This document shows, piece after piece, positions 29,086 to 39,158 of a stretch of 64,000 nucleotides of DNA. The position numbers and the translations under genes are program-made. How positions within the stretch are numbered: the first letter of the stretch is position 1; every line of letters starts with the position of its first letter. Source of the stretch: Bacteroidales bacterium (GTDB lineage: Bacteria > Bacteroidota > Bacteroidia > Bacteroidales > UBA12077); NCBI GenBank assembly GCA_028282585.1, contig JANQHR010000144.1, positions 32,001 through 96,000 of the forward strand, written 5' to 3'. The notes beneath the pieces were generated by a model. It was not told where the DNA came from. It saw nothing but the letters and a program-made list of their open reading frames with translations, and ran no database searches.

Positions 29086-30078
29086 ATGGCAGACTTATCG
29101 ACTAGCTATTTGGGGCTTAAACTCCGTAATCCAATTATTGCAGCAAGTTCAGGATTAACAAATTCAGTGGAGGATATAAAAGAGTTTGAACAAAATGGTG
29201 CAGGAGCTGTGGTTCTCAAATCTATCTTTGAAGAAGAGATACGAAGAGAACTCGAAAGAAATCTGGGAGACATGCAAATGGATACATTTTTGTATCCTGA
29301 AACAATGGATTATTATGATAATTATGCTGAAGATGATTCACTTACAAATTATCTTCGATTAATACGAGAAGCAAAGCAAGCTGTTGATATTCCAATCATT
29401 GCAAGTATAAACTGCGTTACTGCAGATAAATGGCCGTATTATGCCGAAACTTTGCAAGATGCAGGTGCCGATGCATTGGAATTAAACATTTTTGTTATGC
29501 CTTCGGATTTTGATAAAACCAAGGATGAAAATGAAAAAGTATATTTTGATGTTGTAAAAGAAGTAAAAAAGCTAGTTAAAATTCCGGTATCACTTAAGAT
29601 AAGCTATTATTCATCTAACCTCGGATCATTTATACAAAAGTTATCAAAAACAGAAGTTGATGGTTTAGTATTATTTAACCGTTTTTATAGTCCGGATATA
29701 GATATTAATAAATTAGACTTATTGTCAACAAATGTAACAAGTACTCCAGTCGAGTTGCCCATATCTCTTCGTTGGATAGGTATTATGCATAACAGAGTTG
29801 AGTGCGATTTAGCTGCATCAACTGGGATTCATGATGGAGCAGCAATTATTAAACAGATTCTGGCCGGTACAAATGTTGTTCAAATTGCCTCTGCCTTTTA
29901 TAAGAATGGTAAGGGTATAATAAAAGATATGCTTCATGATGTTACTACTTGGATGGATTCTAAGGGATTTAAGTCTCTTGAGGATTTTAGAGGGAAAATG
30001 AGTCATGAAAAAGCTAAGAATCCTGCTGCTTACGAAAGGATGCAGTTTATGAAATACTTTTCGGGCAAAGGGTTGTAA
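29086..30078 (+). CDS. Dihydroorotate dehydrogenase-like FMN protein
   Basis: LKLRNPIIAASS, AVVLKSIFEE, IIASINC, LVLFNRFY, YERMQFMK. Confidence 0.9.
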   Translation: MADLSTSYLGLKLRNPIIAASSGLTNSVEDIKEFEQNGAGAVVLKSIFEEEIRRELERNLGDMQMDTFLYPETMDYYDNYAEDDSLTNYLRLIREAKQAVDIPIIASINCVTADKWPYYAETLQDAGADALELNIFVMPSDFDKTKDENEKVYFDVVKEVKKLVKIPVSLKISYYSSNLGSFIQKLSKTEVDGLVLFNRFYSPDIDINKLDLLSTNVTSTPVELPISLRWIGIMHNRVECDLAASTGIHDGAAIIKQILAGTNVVQIASAFYKNGKGIIKDMLHDVTTWMDSKGFKSLEDFRGKMSHEKAKNPAAYERMQFMKYFSGKGL

Positions 30079-30097
30079 GTGCAACATAATTAGAGTT

Positions 30098-30124
30098 AAA
30101 GCCTGCTTTTGCGGGCTTTTTTTT
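30098..30124 (+). terminator. Rho-independent terminator
   Basis: AAAGCCTGC-TTTT-GCGGGCTTT plus T run. Confidence 0.8.
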
Positions 30125-30168
30125 GCCAAATAATAGAAATTTGAAGCATTATTTGCATTTTTGTAAAT

Positions 30169-31509
30169 ATGTATGCTATTCTTGATATCGAAACTACAGG
30201 TTTGAGTCCTTCGAATGAAAAAATTATTGAAATTGCCATTTTTATTCATGATGGTAAAGAGATCATTGAAGAATATACTACCCTTATTAATCCCGAACGA
30301 AAAGTACCTTACAATATTACTCGTTTAACAGGAATTACAAATGAAATGGTTGAAGATGCACCAAAATTTTGGGAAATAGCTAAAGATATTGTTTTACTTA
30401 CCGAAGGAAAATCTATAGTTGCACATAATGCTTCATTTGATTATAATTTTATTAGAAATGAATTTAAAAGTTTAGGATATAGTTTCAAAAGAGATAGGCT
30501 TTGTACTGTAAAGTTAAGCCGTAAAATAATTCCCACTCATAGTTCTTATAGTTTAGGTAAACTGTGTCAGGAGTTAGGAATTGAGATTGAAGGAAGACAC
30601 CGTGCTGCCGGAGATGCATTTGCTACGGTGAAACTATTCGAACATTTGTTAAAGATAAACCCAACCTTGGGAAAAATGGATTCAAGTCGGTTTTATAATA
30701 TCGATGCCGATATAATAAAAAATCTACCGGAAGAAACTGGAGTCTACTATTTTTATAATAAGGATGGCGATATTATTTATATAGGTAAAAGTAAAGATAT
30801 TAAAACCAGGGTTTTTTCTCATTTTAGTAATGAAAATTCTGAACGAGCGTTAAAAATGGTTGATGAAATATATGATATTTCATATGAACTAACAGGAAGT
30901 GAGTTAATTGCTCTTTTGCTGGAGTCGAATGAAATAAAAGTTCAGAAACCTAAATATAATCGAAGGCAAAGAAGGGTTACGAGTCACTACGGAATATACC
31001 AGTATACCGATGAAAACGGTTATTTTTGCTTTAAGGCGGAAGGAGTTAAAGGTGAAATGCCAATAGTTTGTTTTAACTCTGCAAAAGAAACCCGTGAGAG
31101 ATTATACCAATTATCGGAAAAGTATGGTTTGTGCCAAAAATTATGTGGATTATATGAAGCTTCCGGAGCATGTTTTTATTATCAAATAAAACAATGTAAT
31201 GGTGCTTGTGTTGGAGAGGAGCCTGTTGTCGATTACAATAAAAAAGTACAGAAAATGCTGGATGATTTATCTTATAGTTGGCAGAGCTTTTATATTATCG
31301 ATAAAGGTAGAAATAATGATGAAAAAGGAGTTATAAAAGTCGAAAACGGTAAGTATATTGGTTTTGGCTATATAAATTCAGAGTATTTTGAAAACAGTCT
31401 TGATAATCTCTCAGATATTATAAAACCCTACCCTGATAATAAAGATGTTCAACAAATAATTCGTACTTATCTTCGTCAACATTCTATTGAAACTATCATA
31501 AAATTCTGA
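30169..31509 (+). CDS. DEDDh exonuclease (DnaQ-like) fused to a UvrC/Cho-type GIY-YIG nuclease
   Basis: LDIETTG, AHNASFD, HRAAGDA; GVYYF...IYIGKS; Cys cluster CFYYQIKQCNGAC. Confidence 0.92.
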   Translation: MYAILDIETTGLSPSNEKIIEIAIFIHDGKEIIEEYTTLINPERKVPYNITRLTGITNEMVEDAPKFWEIAKDIVLLTEGKSIVAHNASFDYNFIRNEFKSLGYSFKRDRLCTVKLSRKIIPTHSSYSLGKLCQELGIEIEGRHRAAGDAFATVKLFEHLLKINPTLGKMDSSRFYNIDADIIKNLPEETGVYYFYNKDGDIIYIGKSKDIKTRVFSHFSNENSERALKMVDEIYDISYELTGSELIALLLESNEIKVQKPKYNRRQRRVTSHYGIYQYTDENGYFCFKAEGVKGEMPIVCFNSAKETRERLYQLSEKYGLCQKLCGLYEASGACFYYQIKQCNGACVGEEPVVDYNKKVQKMLDDLSYSWQSFYIIDKGRNNDEKGVIKVENGKYIGFGYINSEYFENSLDNLSDIIKPYPDNKDVQQIIRTYLRQHSIETIIKF

Positions 31510-31575
31510 AGTTGTTTTCCTAAATTCTAAACAATATTTAGTATCTCTTGTTGAAGTGATACTAAACTATTTGAT

Positions 31576-33591
31576 ATGAAACCAAAATATACCAATAAAC
31601 TGGTTAATGAAACCAGTCCTTATTTATTGCAGCATGCACATAATCCTGTAAACTGGTATCCATGGAATGACGAAGCCTTAAATAAAGCTAAAAAGGAAAA
31701 TAAGCTTTTGTTAATTAGCATTGGTTATTCAGCATGCCACTGGTGTCATGTAATGGAAAGAGAATCTTTCCATGATGAATCAATTGCTCAGATTATGAAT
31801 GAAAATTTTATGTGCATTAAAGTAGATCGTGAAGAAAGACCAGATATTGATCAAATTTATATGTATGCAGTTCAATTAATAACAGGAAATGGAGGGTGGC
31901 CTTTGAATTGTTTTGCACTACCTGACGGGAGACCCGTTTATGGAGGAACTTACTTTAAACCTGAACAGTGGGAACATATTCTGGAAAGTTTATCAACAAC
32001 GTATAAAAAAGAACCCGAAAGGTTTGAAAAAGCAGCGAAAGAAATAACAAACGGAATTAATGTTTTTGATGATGTAATTAAGATTAAAGAAGACTTAAGT
32101 TTTAATTATGAAGATTTATTGGAAATTATGTCAAAACTTCGTAAAAGCTTTGATCATAAAAATGGAGGGAGTTGGGGCAGTCCAAAGTTTCCAATGCCGG
32201 TTAATTATTTCCCGTTAATGCGTTATTATTATCATTCTAAAGATCATGATGTACTTAAACATATTAATCTTACATTAAATAAGCTGGCTACAGGTGGAAT
32301 TTATGATCAGCTAGGGGGTGGTTTTGCACGTTATTCGGTTGATAAAGAATGGCTAGTTCCTCATTTCGAAAAAATGCTTTACGATAATGCACAATTAGTT
32401 AGTTTATATTCTGAAGCCTATAAATTAAATCCGGATATAATTTATAAAAGAGTAGTAACTGAAACATTGGAGTTTGTCGAACGAGAATTATTATCTCCTG
32501 AAGGAGGGTTTTATTCAGCTTATGATGCAGATAGTGAAGGTGAGGAGGGTAAGTTTTACATTTGGGATAGATACGAAGTTGATATTTTACTTGGTGAACA
32601 ATCAAAAGTATTTTGCGATTATTACGATATTTCATTGGCTGGTAATTGGGAAGGTCGAAATATCCTTAATATAAAACATACAAAGGAAGAGATTGCAAAC
32701 AGATATGATATTTCAATTAAAAAGCTGGATGATATTTTAAATAAGTCAAAACAAGTTCTTTTTGAACAACGTGAAAAAAGAACAAAACCCGGCTTAGATG
32801 ATAAAACCTTAACATCATGGAATGCTTTAATGGCAAAGGCATTTATTAATGCTTATGATACTTTCAATGAAGAGAAATATCTTATTATCGCACAAAAAAA
32901 TATTGATTTTCTTGAAAAAAATGTTTTAGATTCAAAACTTCAGCTAAAACGTAACTACAAAAATGGAAAAGCTACTATCAGTGCCTTTTTAGATGATTAT
33001 GCATTGCTGATCGATGTTTTAATAGAATTATACCAAAATACTTTTAATGAAGATCGCATTAATCTAGCTATAAGTTTAATGGAATTTACGCTTGAACATT
33101 TCTTTGATGCTAGCTCCGGAATGTTTTTTTACACATCAAAAAAAGCATCCAAATTAATTAAACGCAGTAAAGAGTTAAATGATAATGTAATACCAGCGTC
33201 AAATTCGATTATGGCTTCTAATCTGTTTAAGCTAGGTCATTTATTTTTAAAGCAAGAATATATAGATATTTCAGAGCAAATGCTTATTAATATGAAAGAT
33301 AAAGTTATGAGAAACCCATCATATTATGGCAATTGGTTTAATTTAATAATTCAACATGTTCATAAGCCTCATGAGATTTGTATAGTTGGTGATAATGCTG
33401 TTGAGAATAAAAAGGAGTTTAATAAATTCTATCTTCCAAATACAATTTTTGCAGGAGGAACGTTAGGGAATATTCCTCTGTTAGAAAATAGATATTCCGA
33501 AGGAAAAATGAGCATTTATGTTTGTAAAAACAATGTTTGTAATAAACCTGTAAAATCTGTTAAGGAAGCTTTAGAGCTGATTTCAAGTTAA
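31576..33591 (+). CDS. Thioredoxin-domain protein, YyaL/SSP411 family
   Basis: [43 protein letters not shown]. Confidence 0.94.
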   Translation: MKPKYTNKLVNETSPYLLQHAHNPVNWYPWNDEALNKAKKENKLLLISIGYSACHWCHVMERESFHDESIAQIMNENFMCIKVDREERPDIDQIYMYAVQLITGNGGWPLNCFALPDGRPVYGGTYFKPEQWEHILESLSTTYKKEPERFEKAAKEITNGINVFDDVIKIKEDLSFNYEDLLEIMSKLRKSFDHKNGGSWGSPKFPMPVNYFPLMRYYYHSKDHDVLKHINLTLNKLATGGIYDQLGGGFARYSVDKEWLVPHFEKMLYDNAQLVSLYSEAYKLNPDIIYKRVVTETLEFVERELLSPEGGFYSAYDADSEGEEGKFYIWDRYEVDILLGEQSKVFCDYYDISLAGNWEGRNILNIKHTKEEIANRYDISIKKLDDILNKSKQVLFEQREKRTKPGLDDKTLTSWNALMAKAFINAYDTFNEEKYLIIAQKNIDFLEKNVLDSKLQLKRNYKNGKATISAFLDDYALLIDVLIELYQNTFNEDRINLAISLMEFTLEHFFDASSGMFFYTSKKASKLIKRSKELNDNVIPASNSIMASNLFKLGHLFLKQEYIDISEQMLINMKDKVMRNPSYYGNWFNLIIQHVHKPHEICIVGDNAVENKKEFNKFYLPNTIFAGGTLGNIPLLENRYSEGKMSIYVCKNNVCNKPVKSVKEALELISS

Positions 33592-33687
33592 CACACATAT
33601 TCGGCTGTAGTTTGAAATTAATCCAATAATTAGTATATTTAAGGTTCATTGTTTGCAAGATTTGAACCCTAAATTACTTAAATAAAG

Positions 33688-34842
33688 ATGAATAAGAAGA
33701 TTCTTATCCCAATCATTCTGTTTGGATTAGTATTGCTTACATTGTTAGGAAGCTGGCTTTTATGGTCTTTAAAAGATAAAAAGCCTCTAAATGTATATAT
33801 ACTTGATAAAACTGTTCCTACTTTCGAAAGGACTGAACATAAATCTTTTAATTGGATATTAAATCATAATCGTTATACAAAAGCAAATGGGGATTTATAT
33901 GATATAAATACCGATTATTATGGATTTTTCCCATTAAATAGTAAAACACAAGAATTCGATTTTAAAAGTATTCGAATACATGAAATTGAAGACATTGCTA
34001 ACAATATGGATATGTTATATTATACCGATACATACGGAGTATATTATAATGAATGGTATAAGAAAGGAACTAAAGATGTAAAACATACTCAAAAGGTTTA
34101 TGGAGGATTAAATCAGAATGATTATTTGTTACTTAGGGAAATGAAGGAGCAAAATAAGCTTATAATAACTGAATTTAATTTATATAATGCTCCGACAAAT
34201 GGATTAATTCGAGAAAAAGTTGAAAACTTATTTGGTTTGAAATGGAGTGGCTGGACTGGTAAGTATTATAATAGCTTGGATACCGTAAATGGGAAATTTC
34301 CCCAATGGATTGTAAACTTATATATGGAACAAAACAATAACCAATGGCCCTTTAAAAATGCTGGTATCGTTTTAGTTCATAAATTCGGAACTATTGCTGT
34401 GCTTGAACAGGAAACACACCTTACGCAAGAAGTTCCGTATATTCTTACAAAACAAGAAACTCGGGAAAGGTTTGGTCTGCCTGAAAAGGTGCATTATCCT
34501 CAATGGTTCGATATAACTTTTTCGGAAGAACAAAATAATGTATTAGCCGACTTTAAAATACATGTAAACTCAAGAGGTGATTCTATTTTAAGGCACTACA
34601 ACTTGAAACCTGTATTTCCTGCAGTGATTGAAAGTAAAACAGATCGCCTTTTTTATTACTTTGGAGGTGATTTTGCTGAAAATAACGTAAATAGTAAAAC
34701 TGCATTTTTTGAAGGATATCATAGCCTTGTGTCTGTTCTAAAAAGCGACAATTATAAACATACAGATAAATTTTACTGGCAGTTTTATGTTCCCATGATG
34801 ACACAAATTTTAGAGGATTATTATAATAGTCTGGAAAAATAA
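33688..34842 (+). CDS. Hypothetical membrane-anchored protein
   Basis: Long ORF with N-terminal TM anchor; LDKTVP...EHKSFNWILNH; YYFGGDFA. Confidence 0.7.
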   Translation: MNKKILIPIILFGLVLLTLLGSWLLWSLKDKKPLNVYILDKTVPTFERTEHKSFNWILNHNRYTKANGDLYDINTDYYGFFPLNSKTQEFDFKSIRIHEIEDIANNMDMLYYTDTYGVYYNEWYKKGTKDVKHTQKVYGGLNQNDYLLLREMKEQNKLIITEFNLYNAPTNGLIREKVENLFGLKWSGWTGKYYNSLDTVNGKFPQWIVNLYMEQNNNQWPFKNAGIVLVHKFGTIAVLEQETHLTQEVPYILTKQETRERFGLPEKVHYPQWFDITFSEEQNNVLADFKIHVNSRGDSILRHYNLKPVFPAVIESKTDRLFYYFGGDFAENNVNSKTAFFEGYHSLVSVLKSDNYKHTDKFYWQFYVPMMTQILEDYYNSLEK

Positions 34843-34860
34843 TATTATAAACAGTTTTGA

Positions 34861-34890
34861 GATGTCATACTTGCAAGTATGACATTTTTT
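34861..34890 (+). terminator. Rho-independent terminator
   Basis: ATGTCATACTTGCAAGTATGACAT palindrome plus T run. Confidence 0.78.
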
Positions 34891-34978
34891 ATAATAAAAA
34901 TTATTTCCCTGAATATTCAAATTTGATTAGTTTGGGCTTGATTTTTGCTTCAAAACTTACTTAACTTAAAACGAAAAT

Positions 34979-35290
34979 ATGAAAAAGATTTTGATTTATT
35001 TAGCCTTGTTTATCTTAATTACATTTGCCTCATGTGCAAATAAAGAATCAGTTGAAGCATGCCTTGATGGATATACCTATCGTTTTTGGGGAGGATTATG
35101 GCATGGAATTATTGCCCCAATTGATTTAGTAATTTCTTTGTTTAGGGATGATGTAACTGTTTATGCCCAAAATAATAATGGAGCCTGGTATGCATTCGGG
35201 TTTATCCTTGGAAGCGGCGGCTGGGGAATACTAGGTAGTAAAGGTGCGTGCAAAGGTAGAAAAATTAGAAATAAAGAATTTGAAGAATAA
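34979..35290 (+). CDS. Small hypothetical lipoprotein/membrane protein
   Basis: Lipobox-like FASC; FWGGLWHGIIAP...NNGAWYAFGF. Confidence 0.75.
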   Translation: MKKILIYLALFILITFASCANKESVEACLDGYTYRFWGGLWHGIIAPIDLVISLFRDDVTVYAQNNNGAWYAFGFILGSGGWGILGSKGACKGRKIRNKEFEE

Positions 35291-35323
35291 TTAAAACTAT
35301 TAACATTTAAAAACAAAAATTCG

Positions 35324-36376
35324 ATGAGAAAGCTTAATTTATTAACATTAACCTTATTGCTGTTAATTACCACACCTTCCATAGCACAGACATATATTAT
35401 TCAAGCAAAGCCATGGGATTCAAAGGAATGGGGCTATATTAATTTAGATGGAGAATATTTAATTCATCCACAATTTAGGAAGTGTTATGAATTTTCGGAA
35501 AGTGGTTATGCTCCGATTTATGAAAAAAAGAAAGGATACTATTTTATAAATATTAAAGGAGAGAAATTACCTACTGAAATAACAAACTTTAAGTTAAAAC
35601 AAATGTTTGGTTTTGGTACTCAAGGATTCAAAGAAGGAATGGTTCCGGTTCTTGTAAAAGAAAAATGGGGATTTTTAAATAAAACAGGAAAACTTGTAAT
35701 TCAACCAAAATATGATAAAGTTTCAAGATTTGAAGAGGGATACTCTATTGCTAAAACAGGAGAGCAATTTTTTATTTTAGACAAAATTGGAAATGAAACT
35801 TTAGTTCAGGTTCCCAATATTGTAGATATTAGAGTTTTTTCCGAAGGTATGGCGCCTTTTAAAACTAAAGATGGATATTACGGATTTATCGGAACCGATG
35901 GCACGGTAAAAATAGAAGCCCAATTTTTAAGTGTTGGTTATTTTAATATAGGAGTAGCCTGGGCTAAAACAAAATATGAAACTATTGGATATTTGGATAT
36001 TTCTGGCGAATGGATCATGCAACCACAGTTTTTCACTGTAAATGATTTTGATCCTGAAACGAAGTTAGCTAAGATTAAACAAGGAGATAAATGGGTGTAT
36101 CTTACGCTTAATGGAGATATTATAGAATTTAAGGAATCAGATGTTATTTCAGAATTTTACCAAGGTTTAGCAAAAGGAAAGAAATTTAATAAATTCGGAT
36201 TTTATAATTCAAATATGGAATGGGTAATTGAGCCAAGATTTGATAGCGTTAGAAACTTTAAAAATGGTTATGCTGCTGTTAAGCAAGGAGATAAATGGGG
36301 TATTATTGATAAAAAAGGTAATTGGATTATAGAACCGACGTATGCAGCTTTAAAAGATGTGGAAAAAATAATTTAA
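35324..36376 (+). CDS. WG-repeat (KWG) exported protein
   Basis: Repeated KWGF/KWGIID...IQP.YD...FxEG units. Confidence 0.92.
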   Translation: MRKLNLLTLTLLLLITTPSIAQTYIIQAKPWDSKEWGYINLDGEYLIHPQFRKCYEFSESGYAPIYEKKKGYYFINIKGEKLPTEITNFKLKQMFGFGTQGFKEGMVPVLVKEKWGFLNKTGKLVIQPKYDKVSRFEEGYSIAKTGEQFFILDKIGNETLVQVPNIVDIRVFSEGMAPFKTKDGYYGFIGTDGTVKIEAQFLSVGYFNIGVAWAKTKYETIGYLDISGEWIMQPQFFTVNDFDPETKLAKIKQGDKWVYLTLNGDIIEFKESDVISEFYQGLAKGKKFNKFGFYNSNMEWVIEPRFDSVRNFKNGYAAVKQGDKWGIIDKKGNWIIEPTYAALKDVEKII

Positions 36377-36392
36377 TCTAAAGCAAGATATT

Positions 36393-36421
36393 AAACGCGG
36401 ATACTTTTTCCGCGTTTTTTT
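36393..36421 (+). terminator. Rho-independent terminator
   Basis: AAACGCGGA-TACTTTT-TCCGCGTTT plus T run. Confidence 0.78.
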
Positions 36422-36471
36422 GTTTATTATTGAAGATGATAAAAGTGCAAACTAATAAAATATATTAAAAC

Positions 36472-37191
36472 GTGAAGGGAATATTAATTTTATTGGTAAG
36501 TGTGTTAATTTCAACAAGCTTAAGTGCTCAAATCTGGAAAGAATTAAAAGAAGCAGCGGAAGAGGTAATTGAGGAAACTAACACATCTGAGCTTACTGAA
36601 GAAGAAGTAGGAAAAGCTTTAAAAGAAGCATTGACTATTGGAATTGAAAAAGGAGTGGATCGGGTATCAAAAGTAGACGGTTATTTTAAAGATCCTGAGA
36701 TTAAAATTATAATGCCTGAAGAAGCAAAAGTTGTTGAAGAAAAGCTTCGAATGTTGGGGCAGGATAAATTAGTGGATGATGCTATTGAGTCAATGAATAG
36801 AGCTGCTGAAGATGCTGCTACCGCAGCGAAAGATATTTTTATTACTGCGATAAAAAATCTAACCTTGAAGGACGTAATGAATATTTTAAACGGCGAAGAT
36901 AATGCTGCTACGTTATATCTGGAAAATAATACTCGCAATAAGTTAGTTGATAAATTCAAACCAATAATAAAGGTTTCACTTGAAAAAGTAGGAGCAACAA
37001 AGTATTGGAATTCTGTTTTTACTTACTACAATAAACTTCCATTTGTAAAAAAGGTTAATCCAGACCTTGATGATTATGTTACTGATAGGGCAATTGATGG
37101 ATTATTTGTGCAAATTGCAAAAGAAGAGAAGGAAATCAGAAAGAATCCTGCGGCTAGAGTAACAGATCTGCTAAAAAAAGTATTTGGGTAA
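36472..37191 (+). CDS. DUF4197-family protein
   Basis: ALKEAL...SMNRAAEDA...YVTDRAIDGLF...EEKEIRKNP...LLKKVFG. Confidence 0.9.
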   Translation: MKGILILLVSVLISTSLSAQIWKELKEAAEEVIEETNTSELTEEEVGKALKEALTIGIEKGVDRVSKVDGYFKDPEIKIIMPEEAKVVEEKLRMLGQDKLVDDAIESMNRAAEDAATAAKDIFITAIKNLTLKDVMNILNGEDNAATLYLENNTRNKLVDKFKPIIKVSLEKVGATKYWNSVFTYYNKLPFVKKVNPDLDDYVTDRAIDGLFVQIAKEEKEIRKNPAARVTDLLKKVFG

Positions 37192-37382
37192 TCGATTTAA
37201 TTCCTAATACTTAAAATTAATTAAAACTTAATATTTGGAAAACGCTTATTATTAAGGTTCTACAATGCTATTTTATCCTAAATGGCTACAGACTAGCCCT
37301 GTGGATGGATAAAGGTTTTGTAATTCACTTATAAATCATTAGTTTAGAATGATATTATGAATTTTAAATCTTCACATATATA

Positions 37383-38291
37383 ATGGATACAATTACCTCG
37401 TTAGACCAAATGGTTGAGCATATATGCGAATTAAAGATTAATAGAAAAATCGCGGTTACGGTCGCTGAAGACGAAAACACGATCGGAGCTTTAATTGAAG
37501 CACAGGAAAGAGGATTTGCTACACCAATACTTATTGGCAATAAAAATAAAATTAAGGATGTATTATTTGAAGAAAATGCTAAACCTAAAGATTTTCAAAT
37601 TATCGATGTTCAGGATCACTCAGCAGCAGCAAAGTTAGCAGTAAAGATGGTTCATGATGGCAAAGCAGATGTATTAATGAAAGGTTTAATTAGTACAGAC
37701 AAATTTCTGCGAGCCGTTTTAGATAAAGATAAAGGGTTACTGCCAAAAAAAGGAATAATGAGCTACGTGTGTGCGTTAGATCTTCCTCAATATGATAAGC
37801 TTTTATTTGTATCGGATACTGCTGTTTTACCTTACCCAAATTTATCAGAAAAAATTGCGATGGTAAAATATACTATTCAGATGACAAAAAAGTTTGGAAT
37901 TGAAAATCCTAAAATTGCTTTAATTGGAGCATCAGAAAAAGTAAATGATAAATTTCATTATAGCACAGATTATACGCAAATTTGCAAAATGGTGGATCGT
38001 GGGCAAATTCCAAAATGTACCATTGATGGGCCTTTAGATATATTTCTGGCTTGTGATATTGAAAGCGTGCGAATCAAAGGTGTTCCAACACCAATAAACG
38101 GAGAGGCAGATGCTTTGATATTTCCTTCACTCGAATCAGCAAATAGCTTTTATAAGGGTTTAATGTTATTTGGAGGAGGCGAACTGGCAGGTCTTATTCA
38201 GGGTACTATTAAACCGGTAATTGTAATGTCTCGAAGTGAAAGCCAAACGTCTAAATTTTATTGCATTGCATTGTCTTGTTTAATGGCCTAG
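37383..38291 (+). CDS. ptb: Phosphate butyryltransferase / phosphate acyltransferase
   Basis: ADVLMKGLIST, SDTAV, IDGPLD, GEADALIFPSLE, PVIVMSRS. Confidence 0.85.
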   Translation: MDTITSLDQMVEHICELKINRKIAVTVAEDENTIGALIEAQERGFATPILIGNKNKIKDVLFEENAKPKDFQIIDVQDHSAAAKLAVKMVHDGKADVLMKGLISTDKFLRAVLDKDKGLLPKKGIMSYVCALDLPQYDKLLFVSDTAVLPYPNLSEKIAMVKYTIQMTKKFGIENPKIALIGASEKVNDKFHYSTDYTQICKMVDRGQIPKCTIDGPLDIFLACDIESVRIKGVPTPINGEADALIFPSLESANSFYKGLMLFGGGELAGLIQGTIKPVIVMSRSESQTSKFYCIALSCLMA

Positions 38292-38319
38292 AAGTTTCAA
38301 TAATTAACAAAATTTAAGA

Positions 38320-38352
38320 AAGAGCTTCAACAACAATTGAAGCTTTTCTTTT
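38320..38352 (+). terminator. Terminator after ptb
   Basis: AAGAGCTTCAA-CAACAA-TTGAAGCTTTT. Confidence 0.7.
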
Positions 38353-38376
38353 ATCTTTGAAAATAAAAATAAATAT

Positions 38377-39156
38377 ATGTCACATAAACTTAATATATCA
38401 TGTATACAGGCTGATTTGGCCTGGGAAAATGTAGATCAGAATTTAAAACATTTTGAAAAAAAGTTTGAAAGATTACCTGCAGAATCAGAAATTGTTATTT
38501 TACCGGAAATGTTTACAACAGGTTTCTCAATGAATTCAACCAGTTTAGCTGAACCAATGGATGGAAAAACATTTCAATGGATGAAAGATCAGGCAAATCG
38601 GATTGATAAAATAATTCTAGGAAGTGCAATAATAAAGGAAAATGATAATTTTTACAACAGGTGTATAACCATGTTCCCAAATGGAGAGTATTATTCTTAT
38701 GATAAGGGACATCTGTTTCGTATGGAAAAAGAAGATCAGGGATATACTAAAGGTACGAGTAAAACCATTTTTAAACATAACGGATGGAGAATTTCTACTC
38801 TAATATGTTATGATTTGCGTTTTCCTGTATGGAGCAGAAACCGGAATGATTACGACATGTTGATTTACATTGCTAGTTGGCCGGAGAGCAGAAGAGAAGT
38901 CTGGAATACTTTATTGAAAGCCAGAGCAATAGAAAATCAGGCTTACGTAGTTGGAGTAAACAGAATAGGAAAAGATGGTGAGGGAATAAGTTATTCGGGA
39001 GATACGGTTATAATTAATGCAAAGGGCCAGATAATAAAAAAAGCAACTGATTATAAAGAGGAAATAATAAGTGCTGAATTATCATTAGAAGAGTTGGAAT
39101 TATTTAGAGAAAAGTTTCCGGTTTTTCTTGATGCAGACGATTTTAAATTATTGTAG
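38377..39156 (+). CDS. yafV: Nitrilase-superfamily omega-amidase (YafV-like)
   Basis: LPEMFTTGF, YDK.HLF, ICYDLRFPVWSRN, ARAIENQ. Confidence 0.9.
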   Translation: MSHKLNISCIQADLAWENVDQNLKHFEKKFERLPAESEIVILPEMFTTGFSMNSTSLAEPMDGKTFQWMKDQANRIDKIILGSAIIKENDNFYNRCITMFPNGEYYSYDKGHLFRMEKEDQGYTKGTSKTIFKHNGWRISTLICYDLRFPVWSRNRNDYDMLIYIASWPESRREVWNTLLKARAIENQAYVVGVNRIGKDGEGISYSGDTVIINAKGQIIKKATDYKEEIISAELSLEELELFREKFPVFLDADDFKLL

Positions 39157-39158
39157 TA

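Noticed and set aside
30169-31509. GIY-YIG domain as a homing endonuclease or defence nuclease
   Set aside because: The architecture matches the chromosomal DnaQ-Cho/UvrC-like repair family; no intron or defence-island context.
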